A program made the translations under genes and the position numbers. A model generated the notes under the pieces. The model saw nothing but the letters and a program-made list of their open reading frames with translations, made no database searches and was not told the origin of the DNA. From an uncultured archaeon (GTDB lineage: Archaea > Iainarchaeota > Iainarchaeia > Iainarchaeales > 1-14-0-10-31-34): a DNA stretch of 64,000 bases. The DNA lies in assembly GCA_964608675.1 (NCBI GenBank), contig CAZSOZ010000002.1:32001-96000 (forward strand), in the 5' to 3' direction. Positions 8,754-18,385 of the stretch are shown piece after piece (the first letter of the stretch is position 1; each line of letters starts with the position of its first letter).

Positions 8754-9857
8754 ATGAATGAGAATCTGAATGAAATAGAAAAATTACAGAAAGCTTTGAA
8801 TGACAAAAACAAACAGGTTGTTGCTCAGGTTGCTCCTGCTTTAAGGGTTACTATAGGGGAACTATTTGGTTTTCCTGCAGGAACAATTTTAACTAAAAAA
8901 TTTGTTGGAGCACTAAAAGAATTGGGAATACAAAAAGTGTTTGATACTTCTTTTTCTGCTGATGTAGTTACGGTTGAAGAGGGAACTGAATTCATTAATA
9001 GGCTTAAAGAAAAAAATAATTTGCCTTTGTTTACTTCTTGTTGTCCTGGTTCAGTTGCTTTTGTTGAAAACAAGCATCCTGAATTAGTTTATCATTTTTG
9101 TACGGTTAAATCTCCTCAGCAGACAATGGGGGCTTTAATTAAAAGTTATTACACTGAAAAAATGAATTTAAGTCATGAAAACGTTTTTGTTGTTTCAATT
9201 ATGCCGTGTGTAGTAAAAAAAATTGAAGCAAAGCGTCCTGAAATGGATTTTAACGGAATTCATCATGTTGATGCAGTTTTAACTACTATGGATATAGCCA
9301 GATTATTAAAAGAAAAAGGAATTGATTTAAAGAATTCAAAGGAACAGGAGTTTGATTCAATTCTTGGAAACGCTACAGGCGCAGGACAATTGTTTGGTGT
9401 AACCGGAGGAGTCTCTGAATCTTTGTTAAGGTTTGTTTCACAGAAACTTGAACCAGAAAAAAAGAAAATTGAATTTAGAGAAGTAAGAGGCATGGAAGGA
9501 TTAAGGGAAAAAGAAATTGAAATTGCAGGAAAAAAAATCAGGATTGCAGTTGTTCATGGTTTGCATAACTTAAATAATTTGATTTTGGATAAAAAAAAGT
9601 TTGAGTCTTTTCAGGTAATTGAAATGATGGCTTGTCCTGGCGGATGCATTGGGGGGGGAGGTCAGCCGAAATCTACTCCTGAAACAAGGGAAAAAAGAAT
9701 TCAGGCTTTAAGAAAAGTTGATTCATCTGAATCAGTAAAAATTTCTTCTGAAAGTGATGAAGTAAAAGAATTATATAAAACTTTTTTGATGAAACCGGGT
9801 TCAAAAAAAGCAAGGGATTTACTGCACACGAAAAGAATCTGCTTGAAATGCGATTAA
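8754..9857 (+). CDS. hydA: Minimal [FeFe]-hydrogenase (H-cluster domain only, group A-like)
   Basis: QVAPALR; L1 TSCCPG; L2 MPCVVKKIE; L3 EMMACPGGCIGGGGQP; C-terminal LLHT plus CLKC. Confidence 0.95.
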   Translation: MNENLNEIEKLQKALNDKNKQVVAQVAPALRVTIGELFGFPAGTILTKKFVGALKELGIQKVFDTSFSADVVTVEEGTEFINRLKEKNNLPLFTSCCPGSVAFVENKHPELVYHFCTVKSPQQTMGALIKSYYTEKMNLSHENVFVVSIMPCVVKKIEAKRPEMDFNGIHHVDAVLTTMDIARLLKEKGIDLKNSKEQEFDSILGNATGAGQLFGVTGGVSESLLRFVSQKLEPEKKKIEFREVRGMEGLREKEIEIAGKKIRIAVVHGLHNLNNLILDKKKFESFQVIEMMACPGGCIGGGGQPKSTPETREKRIQALRKVDSSESVKISSESDEVKELYKTFLMKPGSKKARDLLHTKRICLKCD

Positions 9858-9975
9858 ATTAATTTATAAATCCATCTATTATTAATTATTATAGAATAAC
9901 ACATTAAATTTAATGGAATCTATTTCTTTTATTTTTAGTTGTGTTATTAAAAGTTATATAGGAGTAGAAAAAAGC

Positions 9976-10137
9976 ATGGATTTTAACAGAAGAGGTCCAA
10001 GAAGAGATTTTGGACCAAGAGAAATGCATAAAGCAGTTTGTTCTGAATGCGGTCAGGAATGTGAAGTTCCGTTTAAGCCAATGGAAGGCAAACCTGTTTA
10101 CTGCAGAGAATGCTATAGAAACAAAAAAAGCTACTGA
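9976..10137 (+). CDS. CxxC-x17-CxxC zinc-ribbon small protein
   Basis: PREMHKAVCSECGQECEVPFKP...PVYCRECY; ATG 9976 after GGAG. Confidence 0.85.
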   Translation: MDFNRRGPRRDFGPREMHKAVCSECGQECEVPFKPMEGKPVYCRECYRNKKSY

Positions 10138-10235
10138 TTTTTTGGCATTCAGTTCAAATTAATTTTTTAACCTAATTTTTTTTCTTTTTTTTTATTCAAA
10201 AGTCTTATTAACTTTAAAACTCTTTATTTTTGTTT

Positions 10236-10709
10236 ATGAATAAAAATGATTTTTTTTTGCTTTTTTTTTCTGTTTTTGTCTGCCTTCTTGCAGGTTTTGT
10301 TGGTTCACTTTTTACTGTTGATTCAATTTCTTCTTGGTATGTTTTTTTGAATAAACCTTTTTTTACTCCTCCAAGCTGGGTGTTTGCTCCTGTTTGGACT
10401 GCTTTGTATATTTTAATGGGTTTGTCTTTGTTTTTTGTTTTAAGAAAAGGGTTTATCTGGAAAGTTAAGATTGCTTCAGGTCTTTTTTTTGTTCAGCTTT
10501 TTTTGAATTTTTTATGGTCAATTTTGTTTTTTGGTTTAAAGAATCCTTTTCTTGCTTTAATTGAAATAATTTTTTTGTGGACTGCAATTTTGTTTACTTT
10601 GTTCTTTTTTTACAGAATCGAAAAAAAGTCTGCTTATCTTTTGATTCCTTATTTTTTGTGGGTTTCTTTTGCGTCTTTATTGAATTATTTTATTTGGATT
10701 TTAAATTAA
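10236..10709 (+). CDS. tspO: TspO/MBR tryptophan-rich sensory protein
   Basis: WY..LNKPFFTPPSWVFAPVWTALY; LNFLWS; PYFLWVSFA. Confidence 0.92.
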   Translation: MNKNDFFLLFFSVFVCLLAGFVGSLFTVDSISSWYVFLNKPFFTPPSWVFAPVWTALYILMGLSLFFVLRKGFIWKVKIASGLFFVQLFLNFLWSILFFGLKNPFLALIEIIFLWTAILFTLFFFYRIEKKSAYLLIPYFLWVSFASLLNYFIWILN

Positions 10710-11137
10710 TGCCAACATTTAAATAAGTTTAACGTGCATTAATTGATTTATGAATACAGCCAAAAAAATTTTTTCTTTAATTTTTTTTCTGTTTAGACCT
10801 CTGTTTGTCTTAAAATGGCTGTTGTTCAAAAAACATTTTTTCTGATTTGAACCCGCTTTTTTTTGGTTTCATTTTAAGTTTTTTTTTAATGAAATTTTAG
10901 GCGGGAAAAATTAAATGAATTTAAAAATGAGTGGAGTTAATTGGCTGAAAAAAAAAGGATTCCTTGCAGGTTTGCTTCTTTGTGTTCAGACCAAGCATGG
11001 TACAAATACTTGTGCAATAACCATAATGAAGCCCAAAAATACTGTTCAACTTACCCTGAAATAGCCAATTATAGAAAAATAAAATGAAAGTAATGCTTAT
11101 TTAAACTGATTTTTTCAGATTCAATAGGGGTAATTTA

Positions 11138-11362
11138 ATGAAATCAGAAGTGATAGAAAAAATTGCTGCATTGATTACTGCAGCATTTGGTTTGGTTGCG
11201 GCTTTGGCCTGGAACGGGGCAATTCAGGCAATCTTTAAGGAAATTTTTGGTTCAGCTGAATCATTAATTCCAATGATAATCTATGCAGTAGTAGTAACAA
11301 TAATTGCTGTTTTAGCTACAATCTGGATAGGAAAAATATCAGAGAAAGCAAAAGAAAACTGA
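11138..11362 (+). CDS. Small two-TM protein (DUF5654-like)
   Basis: LITAAFGLVAALAWN motif. Confidence 0.75.
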   Translation: MKSEVIEKIAALITAAFGLVAALAWNGAIQAIFKEIFGSAESLIPMIIYAVVVTIIAVLATIWIGKISEKAKEN

Positions 11363-11444
11363 TTTAATTGGTAAAAATTTTGCCACTTTTTATTCTTTTT
11401 TTTTATTTATTTTTTTCTTTTAACTTTTTTCCTTTTTTATTTTA

Positions 11445-12317
11445 TTAGGATACAACTCGGTTTAACTGGAATTCCAGAATGTCTGTTGCGCCTGCTTTGA
11501 TTATTTTTGGAAGAATTTTTGGAATCATTTCTTTGTTTACTGCTACTTTCACTGCATAACCTTGTTCTGCAAAAAGCTCGCTTACAGTAGGGCTTTTCAT
11601 GCAAGGAAGAATTTTAACTAATCCGTCTAGTTTTTCTTTTGGAACATTCATTTCAAGCATTACTTTTTGCATTCCAAGCAATGCTGCTTCTAATAGCATT
11701 TTTATTTCATTTATTTTGTTTTTTTTCCATTTATCTTTTAAAGCTTTTTTGTTTGAAATCATTGTTGTAACCGACTCAAATACAATGTCAACTGCCCTTA
11801 AATTGTTTGTTTTAAGTGTTGTTCCTGTTTCAGTTAAATCAATTATTGCATCAGCAAAAATAGGGCATTTAACTTCTGTTGCGCCCCAGGAAAATTCTGC
11901 TTTGGCTTTAACCTTGTTTTTTTTAAAATATTTTTTTGTTAAATTCATTAATTCAGTTGAAACAGTTTTTCCTTCTAAATCTTTTACTGATTTGATTTTA
12001 GAGTTTTTTGGAACAGCCAAAACCCATTTAACTTTATTAAAGCCTTGTTTAGCATATTCAAATTCTTTTATTTTTTCTACTTTTACTTCAGTTTCTTTAA
12101 TCCAATCTAATCCGGTTATCCCTAAATCAATTACTTTATCTTCAACAAACATTGGAATTTCCTGTGGCTTAATTAAAGTTATTTCCACTTCTTTATCGCT
12201 TGTTACAGGATAATAAGAACGAGAATTAACTGTTATTTCAATTCCTGCTTTGCTGAATAACTCTATTGTTGTTTTCTGCAGACTGCCTGTGGGCAGTCCG
12301 ATTTTTAGTTTGTTCAT
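11445..12317 (-). CDS. hisG: ATP phosphoribosyltransferase (long form)
   Basis: KIGLPTGSL; DLGITGLD; SWGATE; DAIIDLTETGTTL; C-terminal regulatory domain. Confidence 0.96.
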   Translation of the reverse strand: MNKLKIGLPTGSLQKTTIELFSKAGIEITVNSRSYYPVTSDKEVEITLIKPQEIPMFVEDKVIDLGITGLDWIKETEVKVEKIKEFEYAKQGFNKVKWVLAVPKNSKIKSVKDLEGKTVSTELMNLTKKYFKKNKVKAKAEFSWGATEVKCPIFADAIIDLTETGTTLKTNNLRAVDIVFESVTTMISNKKALKDKWKKNKINEIKMLLEAALLGMQKVMLEMNVPKEKLDGLVKILPCMKSPTVSELFAEQGYAVKVAVNKEMIPKILPKIIKAGATDILEFQLNRVVS

Positions 12318-12982
12318 TTAATTTCCTCCAAAGAAATTTTTTCTGAATATAATGCCATTCCAATAACAGGTTTAACCCTGATTTTTTCCAGTTTTCTTGC
12401 TTCCTGAATTGAAGTAATTCCTCCTGCTACACTCAAATCTTTTTTAGTGCTCTTTCGCAATTTTTTTATTATTCCAAAATCTGTTCCCTTCATTAATCCT
12501 TCTTTTTCAACGCAAGTGAAAAGAAATTCCCCACAAAAATCTTCAAGTTCTGAAATCACTTCAAAAGGAGTTTTATTTGTTTTTTTCTTCCATCCTTGAA
12601 TTACAACTTTTCCTTTAAAAGAATCAACTGCAACAATAATTTTTTTCTTTGAAATTTTTTCAGTTAATTTTTCAAGAAACTCTTTATCTGCTTTTGTCCC
12701 AATAATAATTTTTTTTGCTCTACAATCAATTAATTCTTCTGCTTTTTCAATGCTCCTGATTCCTCCTCCAACTCTTGCATTTACAATTCCTGCTATTTCT
12801 TTTACAATCAAAGTGTTTTCTCCGTTATTCATTGCCTTATCCAAATCAATTACCTGCACTTCTTTGAATCCTTTGAATTTTCCTGCAAAATAAAAAGGGT
12901 TATTTATTTCAATCACTTTTTTTCTTCCTTGCTGAAGCTGAACTACTTTTCCTTGAATTAAATCAATGCTTGGAATAATCAT
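12314..12982 (-). CDS. hisA: ProFAR isomerase
   Basis: IIPSIDLIQGKVVQL; VGGGIRS; AGGI. Confidence 0.93.
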   Translation of the reverse strand: MIIPSIDLIQGKVVQLQQGRKKVIEINNPFYFAGKFKGFKEVQVIDLDKAMNNGENTLIVKEIAGIVNARVGGGIRSIEKAEELIDCRAKKIIIGTKADKEFLEKLTEKISKKKIIVAVDSFKGKVVIQGWKKKTNKTPFEVISELEDFCGEFLFTCVEKEGLMKGTDFGIIKKLRKSTKKDLSVAGGITSIQEARKLEKIRVKPVIGMALYSEKISLEEIK

Positions 12983-13758
12983 ATTCTCACCTTAATGTTT
13001 TGTTTTTTCAGATATTGTTTTACTTCTTTAACTGAATACTTTCCATAGTGAAAAACGCTTGCAGCTAAAACTGCGTCTGCTTTGCCTTTTTTTATTGCTT
13101 TAGCAAAACTTTCTAGTGTTCCCGCTCCTCCTGAAGCAATAACAGGAATATTAACTGAATCAGAAATCAATGAAGTTAGCTCTAAATTAAATCCTTTTTG
13201 TGTGCCGTCTGAATCCATTGAAGTAAGCAGAATTTCTCCTGCGCCAAGCTTTTTTGACTGCTTTGCCCAATACAATGCATTTAATCTGGTGTTTTTTTTT
13301 CCTCCAAAAACAAAGCATTCAAATCTTTTCCTTCCTTTAAATGAATTCTTTTTTGCATCAATTGCAATAACGCATGCCTGTGAACCAAACTCTTTGCTTA
13401 TTTTTGTTATTAATTCAGGTGAATTAATTGCGGCAGAATTAACTGAAATTTTGTCTGCTCCTGCCTTAAACAATTTTTCTGCATCTTTTATTGTTTTGGT
13501 TCCTCCTCCAACAGTTAATGGAACAAAAACCTGTTCACTTACTTTTTTGACTACTTCAATCATTGTTTTTCTTTTTTCTGCTGAAGCAGTTATGTCAAGT
13601 AAAACTATTTCATCTGCTCCTTGTTCATAGTATTGTTTAGCCATTTCTTCAGGGATTCCGGCATACTTTATTTGATTGAATTTTATTCCTTTAACTACTC
13701 TTCCTTCTTTTACTCCTAAATCGCAGTCCAAGCAAGCAATAATTCTTTTTGACAGCAT
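12979..13758 (-). CDS. hisF: Imidazole glycerol phosphate synthase cyclase subunit
   Basis: MLSKRIIACLD; GRVVKG; LDITAS; TSMDSDGT; IASGGAG. Confidence 0.96.
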   Translation of the reverse strand: MLSKRIIACLDCDLGVKEGRVVKGIKFNQIKYAGIPEEMAKQYYEQGADEIVLLDITASAEKRKTMIEVVKKVSEQVFVPLTVGGGTKTIKDAEKLFKAGADKISVNSAAINSPELITKISKEFGSQACVIAIDAKKNSFKGRKRFECFVFGGKKNTRLNALYWAKQSKKLGAGEILLTSMDSDGTQKGFNLELTSLISDSVNIPVIASGGAGTLESFAKAIKKGKADAVLAASVFHYGKYSVKEVKQYLKKQNIKVRI

Positions 13759-13762
13759 TTTT

Positions 13763-14359
13763 TCACAACTCAATAAATTTTTTCAATACTTTTAATCCAT
13801 TTTTTCCTGATTTTTCTGGGTGAAACTGAAAAGCAAAAACATTTTCTTTTTCTATTCCGGAAACAAATTCTTCTCCTTGATAACTGCTTGTACAGGAAAT
13901 AATTTTTTTTTCTTCTGGAACAGGATAAAAACTGTTAACAAAATAAAAAAATTTTCCATTTAATCCTGAGAGCAGCCCATTATTTTTTTTCACTTTGATT
14001 TTGTTCCAGCCAATCTGAGGAATCTTTTTTGCTTTAGAAAATCTTTTGTTTTTTCCCTTAAAAACTCCGAAGCCTCTTCCTTTGTTTTCCTCGCTTTCTT
14101 CAAACAATGCCTGCAGTCCTAAACAGATTCCAAGAAAAGGAGTGCCTTGTTTTATTGACTGGATTAGTGCTTTATCCAGTTTTTTTTCTTCAAGTTTTCT
14201 GGCCATGGTTCCGAATTCTCCTACTCCTGGAAAAACAATTTTTTCTGCTTTAAGTATTTTTTTCGGATTATTTGTTTCACTAACTGTTTCTCCCAGAAAC
14301 TCAAGAGAATTTTTCAGGCTTTGAATATTGCCTTTTCCATAGTCAACTATTGAAATCAT
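13763..14359 (-). CDS. hisH: Imidazole glycerol phosphate synthase glutaminase subunit
   Basis: DYGKGN; PGVG; GICLGLQ; QFHPEKSG. Confidence 0.96.
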   Translation of the reverse strand: MISIVDYGKGNIQSLKNSLEFLGETVSETNNPKKILKAEKIVFPGVGEFGTMARKLEEKKLDKALIQSIKQGTPFLGICLGLQALFEESEENKGRGFGVFKGKNKRFSKAKKIPQIGWNKIKVKKNNGLLSGLNGKFFYFVNSFYPVPEEKKIISCTSSYQGEEFVSGIEKENVFAFQFHPEKSGKNGLKVLKKFIEL

Positions 14360-14362
14360 TTT

Positions 14363-14947
14363 TTACAGCACTCCTTTTGTTGAAGGAACCCCTTTGATTC
14401 TTTCATCTGTTTCCACTGCCATTCTGACAGCTCTTCCAAATGCCTTAAACATTGCCTCTATTTTGTGGTGTGTGTTTCTTCCCTCCAAAACTTTTATGTA
14501 GAGGTTTATTCCTGCATTAAATGCAACTGCTTCAAAGAAATCCTGAATTAATTCTGTTGGCAGATCTCCAATTATTTCTCTTTCAAATTCTGCTTTAATT
14601 ACAGGAAAACCTCTGTCCGAAAAATCAACTGCACACAATGCAATCGATTCATTCATTGGAATTAATGCATTTCCATACCTCTTTATTCCTTTTTTTTCTT
14701 CTAAAGCTTTTTTTAATGCAATGCCTAAGCAAATTCCAATGTCTTCAACTATGTGGTGTTCATCCACTTCAAGGTCTCCTTTTGCTTTCAAATTCAAGTC
14801 AATTAATGATTGTTTTGAAAACAATTCAAGCAGGTGGTTTAAGAAACCGATTTTTGAATCAACTTCATATTTTCCTGTTCCATCTAAATCTATTTCTAAT
14901 TCAATTTTTGTTTCATTTGTTTTTCTTTCAATTTTTGCTTTTCTCAT
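14363..14947 (-). CDS. hisB: Imidazoleglycerol-phosphate dehydratase
   Basis: RKTNET; DEHHIVED; NTHHKIEAMFKA; PSTKG. Confidence 0.96.
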   Translation of the reverse strand: MRKAKIERKTNETKIELEIDLDGTGKYEVDSKIGFLNHLLELFSKQSLIDLNLKAKGDLEVDEHHIVEDIGICLGIALKKALEEKKGIKRYGNALIPMNESIALCAVDFSDRGFPVIKAEFEREIIGDLPTELIQDFFEAVAFNAGINLYIKVLEGRNTHHKIEAMFKAFGRAVRMAVETDERIKGVPSTKGVL

Positions 14948-16010
14948 AGCCAACTTCCTCCAGTATTTTTTTCAGTTCCTCAACAAAAAACTCCGTTTGT
15001 TTTTGTGTTCCTATTCCAATTCTGATGCACCCTTCAAGCAAAGAATACCTGCTTCTGTCTCTCACTAAAATATTTTTTTCTCTGAGTTTTTTTGAGATCA
15101 GTGAAGCGTTTTCTCCAAATTTTGCAATAAAAAAGTTTGCTGAAGTAGGAAAAGTTTTGATTTGCATTTTATTGAATTCATTTAAAGTAAATTCTCTTGC
15201 ATTCAAAACTTCTTTAATGTATTTTTCAGTGTATTCCTTGTCTTTTAATGCAGCTAATACTCCAATAACACTTAAAGAACTCACGCTGTAAGGAGAACCG
15301 GCTTTCAGCAGAACAGAAATTATTTTTTTGCAGCTTGCCAGAAAAGCAATTCTTAATCCAGCTAATCCTGCTCCTTTGCTAAAGCTCCTTAAAACAACCA
15401 GATTACTGTATTTGTCAATTAAGTCAATTACTGTTTCTTTGCAGACATCATAATATGCTTCATCAACCAAAACAATGCAGTTATTTTCTTCTGCTTTTTC
15501 AATTACTTTAATTATTGTTTTTCTTTCAATTTTTGTTCCTGTCGGGTTATTTGGATTGCATAAAACAACCAAGTTTGTTTTTGGCTTTATTGCTTTAAGA
15601 ATTCCTTTTTCAGGAAAACTTAAGTCTTTGCTGTAAAGCACTTTAGTTATTTTTGCTCCTCTTAATTCTGCATAAAACCTGAACATTGCAAAAGTGGGAA
15701 CTGCAATAACAACTTCTTCTCCTTCTTCTACAAAACAGTTCATTAAATTCCTTATTCCTTCGTCTCCTCCATTAGTTACAACAATGTTTTCTTTTTTTAA
15801 TCCAAGAGATTCAGCTATTTTTTCTCTTGCTTCATTGTATTCAGGGTAAACACAGAAATCTTCTGCTGCTGCATTTTTTATTGCTTCAATTACTTTAATT
15901 GAAGGGCCTAAAGTGTTTTCATTAAAATCCAGCCTTAATTTTCCTTTTCTGCTTTCTGTCGGCGGATCATAAGATTTCATTTCTTTTACTGCTTTCCTGA
16001 TTTTAACCAT
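14928..16010 (-). CDS. hisC: Histidinol-phosphate aminotransferase
   Basis: LDFNEN; CNPNNPTG; DEAY; RSFSKGAGLAGLR. Confidence 0.95.
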   Translation of the reverse strand: MVKIRKAVKEMKSYDPPTESRKGKLRLDFNENTLGPSIKVIEAIKNAAAEDFCVYPEYNEAREKIAESLGLKKENIVVTNGGDEGIRNLMNCFVEEGEEVVIAVPTFAMFRFYAELRGAKITKVLYSKDLSFPEKGILKAIKPKTNLVVLCNPNNPTGTKIERKTIIKVIEKAEENNCIVLVDEAYYDVCKETVIDLIDKYSNLVVLRSFSKGAGLAGLRIAFLASCKKIISVLLKAGSPYSVSSLSVIGVLAALKDKEYTEKYIKEVLNAREFTLNEFNKMQIKTFPTSANFFIAKFGENASLISKKLREKNILVRDRSRYSLLEGCIRIGIGTQKQTEFFVEELKKILEEVGYEKSKN

Positions 16011-16744
16011 TTTACTGCCTCCATTAAATCTTCAATTTTTTTTATTGAATAATCCCCTAAATTTTCTTCTCCTAAATAAATTGATTGTATTTTTGCTTTT
16101 TCTGAAGCCAAAACATCGTTAATGCTGTCCCCTACATAAACTACTTTTTTTGAGCCAATCTTTTTTGCAGCTAAAAGCAATGGTTCTGGATAAGGCTTTG
16201 CTTTTTTTGTGTCTTCCATGCAGACAATTTTCTTTAAATCAAAAAACTCTTCTAATGAATTCAGTTTCAAAGAATATTCTGCTTCTTTTCTCGGCCTTCC
16301 GGTAACAATTCCCAGCTTAAACTCTTTTTTTAGTTTTTCAAAAACTTTTTTTGGAATCATCAATTTTTCTTTATTAATCAAACCATTTTCTTTTGTTACT
16401 GGTTTTCTTCCATAGATTGTTTTGTATAATTTTTCTCCAAGATATTTTGCCTGAAATAATTCAAACAATTCAATGTATTTTTTGCTTTTCCTGTCTTTTT
16501 CTGTTATTTGCTTTATTTTTTTTTTGAATTCTTCTTTTGGAATGTCTTTTTCTAGCAAACTTATTAATGCATAGGTTGCATTCCAGTCATTGTTAAATTC
16601 AGGGATTTTTTTTATAGCTGAAACTTCTTCTTGTGAAACACTTTTTTCTAAAAATTCTTCTGATGTCTGCCTTATTGCTTCCCTGTATGACTCTGATACA
16701 TCAATTATTACTCCGTCAATGTCAAATATTATTGAATCAATCAT
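15986..16744 (-). CDS. HAD-family hydrolase, probable histidinol-phosphate phosphatase
   Basis: FDIDGV; FNNDW; TGR; KPYP; VGDSIND; located between hisD and hisC. Confidence 0.8.
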   Translation of the reverse strand: MIDSIIFDIDGVIIDVSESYREAIRQTSEEFLEKSVSQEEVSAIKKIPEFNNDWNATYALISLLEKDIPKEEFKKKIKQITEKDRKSKKYIELFELFQAKYLGEKLYKTIYGRKPVTKENGLINKEKLMIPKKVFEKLKKEFKLGIVTGRPRKEAEYSLKLNSLEEFFDLKKIVCMEDTKKAKPYPEPLLLAAKKIGSKKVVYVGDSINDVLASEKAKIQSIYLGEENLGDYSIKKIEDLMEAVKWLKSGKQ

Positions 16745-16772
16745 TTTTTTTTCCTCCGAATTTTTTTATTAA

Positions 16773-18047
16773 TTATTTGAACCTTATTTTTGCCGAGTTT
16801 TTGTGTGCAGGCAGGCTTTCAATGTCTGCAAAAACCTTAATTGTTTCTAAAAGATTTTTTAGTCCTTTTTTTGAAATTTTCTGGACAAAAGGGGTAACCA
16901 AGAAATCCCTTGCATTTAATCCAGAAGAAAACCCTGCATTTCTTCCAGTGGGCAGAATGTGGTTTGTTCCAGAACAATAATCTCCTGCAGCAACAGGAGA
17001 ATATTCTCCTACAAAAATTGAGCCCGCACACTTTATTTTCTTTAAGTCTTTTTTGCTGTCTTCAAATAAAATCAAGTGTTCTGGTGCAAGCTCATTAACT
17101 ACTTCAATTGCCTGATTCCAAGTTTTAGTTAAAATTATTGTTCCATTCCTTTTCAATGATTCTTTAATTACTTTTTTTGTTTCAAGTTTTTCTATTTGCT
17201 TTAATGCCTCTTTTTTTGCCTGTAATGCAAGCTTTTTGTTTGTTGTAACCAAAACCGTTTTAGCCAGTTCATCGTGTTCTGCCTGAGCCAAAATCTCTGA
17301 AGCAATAAATTCTGCATTGCCTTTTCTTGCCAGAATACAGCATTCACTTGGCCCTGCAATTGAATCAATTCCAACGCCTTTTCCAAAAACAATTTTTTTT
17401 GCTGTAGCAACAAAAATATTTCCCGGCCCAGTAATTTTATTCACTTTAGGGATTTTTTTTGTTCCAACTGCCATTGCCGCAATTGCCTGTGCTCCTCCTA
17501 TTTTAACTATTTTATTCACTTTGCACAAATCTGCTGCAACTAAAATAAACGGGTTAATGCTTCCGTTTTTTTCTGGGGGAGTGCATAAAACGATTTTCTT
17601 GCATCCTGCTGTTTTTGCAGGAACCAAATTCATTAAAACACTTGAAGGATAAGGATATTTTCCTCCGGGAACATAAACCCCGACTTTTTCAATTGGTCTG
17701 GTTAATTCTCCTATTTTAACTCCTTTTCTTGTTTCAACAGCCCATTCTTTGGGTAATTGTTTTTTACAGCTTTTTTCAAGGTTTTTTTTGGCAAACTTTA
17801 ATGCATTTAACTGTTTTTTTGAAACTTTTTTGTATGCATCTTTTATTTCTTTTTTTGAAACAAGGATTTCTTTTAGTTTAACTTTATCGAATTTTTCAGT
17901 AAAGCCTATTAGAGCTTTGTCCCCTTTATTTTTCACTTCCTTTATTATTTCTTTAACTGTTTCTTCTATTCTTTCAGTTTCTTCTTCTGTATCTCTCATT
18001 AAATCATTTATTTGATTTTTTTCCCTGAATTCAATTATTTTCATCAT
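16773..18047 (-). CDS. hisD: Histidinol dehydrogenase
   Basis: GVYVPGG; GGAQAIAA; GPGN; AGPSE; QAEHD; APEHL; GTNHILPT. Confidence 0.97.
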   Translation of the reverse strand: MMKIIEFREKNQINDLMRDTEEETERIEETVKEIIKEVKNKGDKALIGFTEKFDKVKLKEILVSKKEIKDAYKKVSKKQLNALKFAKKNLEKSCKKQLPKEWAVETRKGVKIGELTRPIEKVGVYVPGGKYPYPSSVLMNLVPAKTAGCKKIVLCTPPEKNGSINPFILVAADLCKVNKIVKIGGAQAIAAMAVGTKKIPKVNKITGPGNIFVATAKKIVFGKGVGIDSIAGPSECCILARKGNAEFIASEILAQAEHDELAKTVLVTTNKKLALQAKKEALKQIEKLETKKVIKESLKRNGTIILTKTWNQAIEVVNELAPEHLILFEDSKKDLKKIKCAGSIFVGEYSPVAAGDYCSGTNHILPTGRNAGFSSGLNARDFLVTPFVQKISKKGLKNLLETIKVFADIESLPAHKNSAKIRFK

Positions 18048-18067
18048 TTTATTACCTCAAAACTTAA

Positions 18068-18385
18068 TCATTTTACTCTTTCAAAACAGTTTTTTTTGTT
18101 TAAATGACAGGCATTTCCTTTTTGTTCTACTTTAAACAATAAAGTGTCTTTATCACAGTCAACAAAAACCTGTTTTAATTTTTGGGTGTTGCCAGAGGTT
18201 TCCCCTTTTCTCCACAGTTTTTTCCTGCTCCTGCTGTAATACCATCCTTGTTTTTTTTTTATTGCTTTTTCTAATGATTCTTTAGTTGAATAAGCAAGCA
18301 TTAACACTTCCCTGCTTTTTTCTTCCTGAACAATTGTTGGAATTAATCCTTTTCCTTTGTTCCAGTCAACCTTTTTTTGATTCAT
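18068..18385 (-). CDS. hisI: Phosphoribosyl-AMP cyclohydrolase
   Basis: YSRSRKKLWRKGETSGN; DCDKD; ACH. Confidence 0.95.
   Translation of the reverse strand: MNQKKVDWNKGKGLIPTIVQEEKSREVLMLAYSTKESLEKAIKKKQGWYYSRSRKKLWRKGETSGNTQKLKQVFVDCDKDTLLFKVEQKGNACHLNKKNCFERVK

Noticed and set aside
10750-11090. Fragmentary coding-like sequence between tspO and the DUF5654-like gene
   Set aside because: Probably a decayed gene, but no recognisable motif supports a call
11599-18015. Long antisense ORFs opposite his genes (e.g. 11599-12213, 13082-13630)
   Set aside because: Phe/Ser/Leu-rich mirrors of Lys/Glu-rich sense codons with no motifs
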